NCBI GenBank assembly: GCA_020536535.1
Contig: JAHLWZ010000291.1
Coordinates: forward strand, 131,524 to 195,523
DNA: 64,000 nucleotides
From: Pelomyxa schiedti
Lineage: Eukaryota > Protista > Evosea
Direction of reading: 5' to 3'
Shown here in pieces: positions 57,601-64,000 of this stretch. Made by a program: the position numbers and the translations under genes. Within the stretch, counting starts at the first letter, position 1. Every line of letters begins with the position of its first letter. A model generated the notes under the pieces. It did not search any database. It had not been told where the DNA came from and saw only the letters and a list, made by a program, of their open reading frames with translations.

Positions 57601-60600
57601 ATGGATTCTTGTGGAAAGGACCGGTTCGTTCCACAAGAATCCTGCATCACTTCTTTTTGTTACAACTTCCTTCTTAAACCATTCAAGGAACAAAAAGTTG
57701 TTGTGCCGACCAAAACCAATGTGGTGGGGGTATTTGGACCAAGTGTTACCACATCCAATTCAACTGACGAGATGGAAGGCTCATTTAACGGGCCAAATGA
57801 GGTAGAGGCAGAAGCGCCTGAGGAAACTGGCATCCCCACTTCAATGGTAGATACGGCTTGCAATAGAACCTTCTTTTTCTCAGGTTGTTTTCGTGTATCC
57901 ACTACCCAATATTTATGATGCTTCAGGGTATCTAAATGGCTGGTTTACAACGTTGAGCGACATTTCCCTCCGTTGGCGATTTGTAACCAGTCCCTTTTTT
58001 TCAAAAACAAAGTCAGTGACAAACATCACAGGGAGAAATACTCGTCGAGGAAATAGCCTATGTTGGGCTGACTGCAGATGTCACCGAATACAAACTTGAT
58101 TCATTTTACATCACAACAAAAGCGAGTGGTATCAATTTTCATCTTCTTTTTTCCCTCATTCTGAAAAGGAATTTGGGACTTCCAATCGATTTCGGAGCAA
58201 GAGACCTCACAGTGGCTCAAGAAGTTCAAGGAATTAAAGAAGCCTGTGTTTGACCCCAGAGTCACTGCATCAGATGCGGCGGTAGAAAGAAGGAGGGTGG
58301 AGATTCATTATGATGAAGAAGCAGAGAAGAAGGTGTCCTTGGAAGCCATGATTGAAAACTTTGCGCAGACCAAATCTGAACTGTCGGCAATACATTCTGT
58401 CACACATGACACATGTAATGTAAGCCCCTCCTTTTTTTTTCCCCAGAACTGGCTAGTGCCACTCACTGCACTCCATATACTCAAAAGAGTGGTCCCAAGT
58501 ATCTGTGGCCAGCAGCCTCTGTTGCAAGTGTGTATTAATTGAAAAGATTCTGTGACCCCTAATCACCTCACAGTTCTGGGAGACATGAAGGCCGGGAAAA
58601 GCACACTCTGCAACGCAATACTGGGAAACATCACTTTGCCCTCCAGAAGGCTGAGGTGCACAAGCCGGGTGACAATCATCAAGGCAGGAGCCGCAAGGGA
58701 GTACGTCATCCAGAACTCTGGCGGGGTGATCACTGAGGGCCCGATCCCGTTCACTGGTGAGCTGCCACCAACTGCTGTGGCGTTGCCCTCAGACCAAAGG
58801 CTGAAGGGTGCCTCGTTGATTGTGGAGGTGCACCTCCCTGTCGAGCCTGGAGCACGCCTTCCAGTTCCTGGATTCGATTTTGTTGACCTTCCAGGCCTCG
58901 GTGAGAGTAAAGCGCTCGATGCCATAGTTATGAACGCCCTGAAAAAAGTCGTTGGTGTGATTTACATCCTTGATGTCACTTCTGGAGCGGTCAAGCAGCA
59001 GGATGTTGATGCAATACAGACGTTGCTCAAGTCAGGGATTCACAAGTCTGTTCCCATTCTTTTCGTTGGGAACAAGGTGGACCGGCTAGACAACGAAGAG
59101 GAGGAGAACCAAGAGAGTCCTAAGACTGTGCTTGATGCATTTTACGCTGACCTGAAAGCTCTTGTTCCTGACCTGCTGGCACGTCATCCCGATAGGGAGA
59201 CTTCCCCTTATTGGGCTGAACTCTCTGCCCTGAAGTGCCTTGCGATACGTCGTGGGAAAACCGTCAAAAACCAACAAAAGCATAAGGAGCTGTTTGATAG
59301 TTTTGGTAGGAGGTTGCAGGGGCTGATTGGACGCACTCTGAATACCACGATTCTGGGAGGCTGTGAGGAAATATGTGGCCCCTGTGGAATGTATGCCGAC
59401 ACCATCATCTCTTTTGGAGAAGTCCAACACGGAATCTCCACATGCCGCAGCTTTGTCGAGCAGCTGAAAGGCAAGGAAGAAGAAATAATACGCCAGTGCT
59501 CTGCTTTGGTGCAGCAGGCAACAAGAGACACTTTGGATGACATGAACGTCATCGCCAAAGATGCTGTCACACAAGCAAACAAACACAAGTATATTCTTAT
59601 CAGTTGGCGCCAGGCCATGGAAGAAAGCACTGAGCATGCCTTCAATCAACATCTGTGGGCCACTCTGAAACCAAAGTGGAGACAGTTCGTTGCCCATTTC
59701 TTCAAACCTCTCTCAAGGCACCTTCATTTGGTCAACAACAACGTGGTCGACTCCATATCATGTGACGAATCAAGAATCCCATTATGGCAGATTGTGATAC
59801 CCTTGGCGTTGTACGTTGGAATTGCCGTGATTCCTCTTACCAACGCGATCAGAGAAGCTGCGTGCACGTATGACAATGAATGGAAGGAGTCGTACTCCAA
59901 AGAGTGCCTCAAGTGCATCAACCCTGCGAAGGAAGGCAACAGAGTGGCGAAGGAGCTTGCCAGGAAGCTCATTGAGAACGCCGGCATTCTTGTTAAAGCA
60001 AAAGCGGACCAGCTTGCTGCCATAATGGAAGGGTGCAACCCCGCCCAAACCATAGGCACAGATGCTCTGACAGTTCTCGCATCAAGCAAACTGCTTGGGC
60101 TGGCAAGTGCCAACGGGTTTGTTCATGGAATCCCAGAGCTGAAGGCACAGGTCTGCTCTGATTTTTATGGTGATACATTTGAGGCAGTGTGGAGAGGTGT
60201 TCCTGTTCACGCAAAGCGGCTTCACAAGTATGGTTTTCCGACCGTATCTCCACCTTACTAAATTCTTCCTCGCATAGGTTCAGCCCGGAAACAGGACCCT
60301 CAGTGCTGAAAAGCATCCTGACACAACTGTGCACAAGCCGCATTGACATGCACCCATCTTTCGGCATTGTGAAGAACCACAGTGATGGTAACATATTTGT
60401 CATCTGCAGTCCAGAGATAAGTCCTCAGCTGCAGTCCCCGTCACTCGAGGCCATCATGAATGACGTTGGTCTGAACGACGCCGTGGTCCTCCCACCGCTT
60501 GGGAACATCCTTCAGAGCGTGTCCATGGTCTCCCTTGACGAGGCTCTGCGGGGTTTGCACCCCACCATTGGGTGCACAGAGGAGTGCCTGACAAACGCCA

Positions 60601-61261
60601 TTGTACTTTGCAGGACCAAAGTAATCGATGAGGGTCTTGTCACGAGGGCATGCGGCAATGGCTCCTTTGTTGGTGAGCCACTGACAACAGAAGAGGCAGC
60701 AGCCATTGTTCTTTACACAAGGGACAGCCCACAAGTGTTTGCAGCAATGAACTTGGCGCTGAGGAATCCCCACAGAACGAGTGCCTCACTGGAGCAATGG
60801 AAGCCATACACAAAGCTGCTCCTCACCGCACTCACAAAGCTCAAGCCCGTGATAGATACCACAGCCTATCGGGGTTATGGAACACTGCCTGAATCGTGGC
60901 AGACAAAGTTCTCACCACACCGTGAAACCAAGATATGCTGGTATGGATTCTCAAGCATATCCCGGAGCAGGGTAATTGCTGCCGAGTTTGCTGCAATGCA
61001 AGGACAGAGGGGATTGCTGCTGGAAGTTCGAGCACCCCTTGCGTATGACATCACCGGCTTCTCTTGGTTTGGATTGACAGAAGCGGAGCTCCTCACACCG
61101 CCAGGTAAGAATAAAGTTAGTTTAAGTTTCCAAACCAGCTCAACCACAAACCACAAACCACAGGATGCAACTTCACACCCCTGTCGCTTGACGACTCGTC
61201 ACCCAAATATGTCTCTGCCACAATCCAATTCCACAGTTACTCTTCCTTGTTGTATGAGTAG
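57601..61261 (+). CDS. PH-like + dynamin-like GTPase + kinase N-lobe remnant + NAD:arginine ADP-ribosyltransferase fusion protein (paralogue B), ~1100 aa, about 8 exons; start approximate
   Basis: Same motifs and intron positions as paralogue A. Frame-preserving introns include 57884-57926, 57983-58031, 58420-58487, 58528-58573 and 60228-60277. Confidence 0.8.
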
Positions 61262-61650
61262 TGTGCCAGACAAAAAGAACCAGAAATGGATGTTTTATTA
61301 ACCAAAAACGGGAACACCCAAACAAGATTCCTCACATAACCCCCAATTTGACAGTAGGCAACTTGGGGGCGCGACCAACTAACCCAGAGACATCCCACAA
61401 GTACCACGCGCTGATGTTGGCACGTACCCCGTGATTGCTGGCATGGTGGATTAACTCCCGTTCCCATGTGAGGGTGCTGCGTGGTACTCTAGGTATTTTT
61501 TGCAGCAGTCCTATGTCCAATCTTGGCGGAGCCGGTCAATACCTTTTTTTTGCAGAAAACTTGTCACGTAGTTGTGTTTGCCTTTAAAGACTTGTTCAAC
61601 CAGTTAGAGAAAAAAATTTTCTTTGACTTTTGTTTGTAAAACAGGCAAAA

Positions 61651-64000
61651 CTAGGTGCGCTTTTTTGTGGAAGCGGGAAGAAAACCACTTAGAAGAGTGG
61701 TGAGGGGTCCTGGTTGTCCTTGTTGGAATTGAAATGACTGCATAAGGTCATCATAAACGCCTCTGCTTGCGCATCCTCCTGTTGTTGGTGAAGTGAATGA
61801 CGTAGAGTTGCGAACCGCCTCCAATTCCTGAAGTGCTTCCAGGTACTCCTCGTCGTCATCACCTCCTTCCTCTTCATCCTGACTGACACCTTCACCTCCC
61901 ATTTCATTATCCTCATCATCAGCTTCTTCTTCACCTTGTCGAGTGTAAAGTTTGTGCTGGGAAAGAATGGTACTGTTCGACATACCTTTGAGTGCTCTTT
62001 CCAGTATTTTCTTCACTCGGTCTGCATTGATATCGTCACTGCTGTGGGACCTGTGTAGTAAAGACACCACAAAAAGGAGAGGAACAAAGAAACAAACACG
62101 AAAAAATCCAATTTTTAACTGAAGGCACAATGTAAATAAATAAAGGAAAAGCAGAGGGGGCATACTGCTTTTGGGAGTCAGTATCTGCGCCGTACTCATC
62201 CTCATTGCCCTCGCTATCACTCCCTCCACCGATTCCCTGAAAGTCGGACTTGGAATTCAAAAATCTGCTCAGGGAAGATTCTAGGGAAGATGCTGGTTCG
62301 GCAGCACTCTCAGCAGTATGATCTTTCATCTGGAATTGTGCCAGATCTCGTTCAAGGTTGGAGAACATTGCAGCTGGTTCAGATTCCAACCATTCATCAC
62401 TGTTATATCAAGTTGTTATTTTTGACTTGAAATTATGACTGGGTGGTTGCCTGTCAGGTGGCGGTAATGAGTCTGCAGGAGGAAAATTTTCATTGCTTAT
62501 ATCAGGGTTTGCTGAGCAGATAGCATCAACTTCAGAGGCAAAAGTATGGGCAATGTGCCGAGCTATCAGCCTGGGAAGGGTCACATCAAACATGAGCTGA
62601 GGGAAAATACATGGGGCTTGTGGGTGGTGTCCTGGCTGCGGATCTCCTGCCGCACTGGTACGCAAGCTCAAAACCACATGCCTTCATGAACGGATAAGCA
62701 TAAAAGACTTTAGTTTTAGTTAAGTGCTTACAAGTTTACATCCAAGGATTGCTGGGGTGAATAAAATATCATCTGGAGCTGGTAACTGGCCAAAAGGGGC
62801 AGGCCGCACGATCTGCTGACTGTGTAACATTGCATAGTGACTGTGTGTCATACTAATACGAACAACCACCTCACGTCCACTACTCTTATTATTGGTGCTG
62901 AGGTCCCCTCCACCAGGGAGAAACCTCTCCATCAGGGTGCACACCTATTTTCCGTTGAATACAGGGAACTTGCTTCTGATGAGAACGTACCCTCCACTCC
63001 TCCGGCGTATGTTCGCACAGAGCGTGTATGGCAAGAGATATAAACTGTGGGTCACGTCTAAGGACAAGAGCACAGTGTAGAGGGAGAAGGGCATTGGTGC
63101 AATGTAAATTCTGTCTGAAATGAGTGATCGGAGATTGAGCTTCTGGGGATTTTTGTGGATTGGGGGTGCAGAAACATTCTAGGCGTGAAGAGATTGCAGA
63201 CTGAATGGGTGGTGAGGCTCTTGTGTCGACTGGTTGGGTGCAAAGGATTCTGAGTGCGGTACTAACATTAAGTACTGAGGGAATGACAGGCAGGAGGGCA
63301 GGAGTGTGTGGTAAAGGAATTAAGTGAACCATGCCATTCCGAATGAATACCTGCACATTTTCTTCAATTTTTTACAGAAGATATTCACGAACTCCGAAAA
63401 CAGTACACATACTCTGTTCTCAATCAAGCCTGATGGGGCCTCTTCAACCCACAGGGGCAGAACTTCAGCCGCCTCAATCAACATAAACTCACCATCTCCA
63501 TCCTGCACACTTATGGGATATTAACTCCAAAGAACAAAACCAGGAACAAGGGCGGGGAAAAAAAAAAAACACAAGGGAACGGAGTTCATACGTTGCAGCT
63601 ACGACTACGTCGGGCATTTCCAGAGTCAACCGCCGCACGACGTGGACAACGAACCACTCGTCGTCGGGGCACTCCCCGAACGACACGCACCCCTCCACCG
63701 TCCCACACTCCCAGTCCCCTGCCCCCTCGCCCTCGCCCTCGCCCCGCTGTGTCTCCCTCTCCCTCTCCCTCTCCTTCCTCCCGCGGTCTCCCCCCTGGTC
63801 CCCGCCGGCCTCGCCCCCGGTGCTGGTGGGGCTCGCGGGAGGGGCAGGGCGGGGGGAGGGAGCGAGCAGGGCGAGGGTGGGCGGCTCCTTGTGCCACAGG
63901 TACCCTCCCCACAGGCTCTCCAGGTGGCTGGCGACGGCCTCCGCCCGGCTCCTCCGCTGCTGGGCTTCGGATGCAGAGGAGGAGCCGGGGCCCTGCTGTT
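61651..64000 (-). CDS. ECD: Ecdysoneless/SGT1 (ECD) family protein, multi-exon; 5' end outside the window
   Basis: GCVSFGECPDDEWFVV, DGDGEFMLIEAAEVLPLWV, ENRV|FIRNGMVHLIP, LRRDPQFISLAIHA, acidic C-terminus ending QPGPLTTLL. Confidence 0.85.

Larger units (their letters stand above)
53087..61261. repeat. Diverged inverted (head-to-head) gene duplication, arms ~3.7 kb, spacer ~0.85 kb
   Basis: 53087-56746 (minus) and 57601-61261 (plus) are collinear, with shared peptides (WDFQS.SEQETSQWL, GDMKAGKSTLCNAILG, AYDITGFSWFGLTEAELLTPPG) and diverged introns. Confidence 0.9.

Noticed and set aside
53087-61261. Transposon terminal inverted repeats
   Set aside because: The arms are diverged intron-containing protein genes. 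There is no transposase in the spacer and no target-site duplication was seen.

Overview
Gene-dense eukaryotic DNA with many short GT-AG introns (mostly about 40-150 nt). It is most likely an amoebozoan protist: the actin N-terminus ([21 protein letters not shown]), a PakC-like kinase and the overall gene style suggest an archamoeba such as Pelomyxa (inference). About 21 protein-coding genes were reconstructed by manual splicing. Housekeeping and signalling genes: CAMK-type kinase, Vps45, Hook, RRM/RGG protein, NAP1, GNAT, PH-CRIB PAK kinase, RasGEF, USP, actin, myotubularin, DUF229-like protein and ecdysoneless. There are also several surface proteins, some with prokaryote-like domains. Two loci stand out. 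(1) A ~3086-aa highly reducing iterative type I PKS (KS-AT-DH-cMT-ER-KR-ACP) fused to a C-terminal PLP-dependent alpha-oxoamine synthase and ending in a CaaX box (CSVM); it is a candidate single-polypeptide synthase for a sphingoid-base-like or amino-polyketide product. (2) A head-to-head pair of paralogues, each encoding PH-like + dynamin-like GTPase + hydrophobic paddle + kinase N-lobe remnant + R-S-E class ADP-ribosyltransferase; this is a candidate cell-autonomous defence or conflict system. No rRNA, tRNA, CRISPR array or clear transposon was seen. All domain calls come from motif recognition, not database searches.
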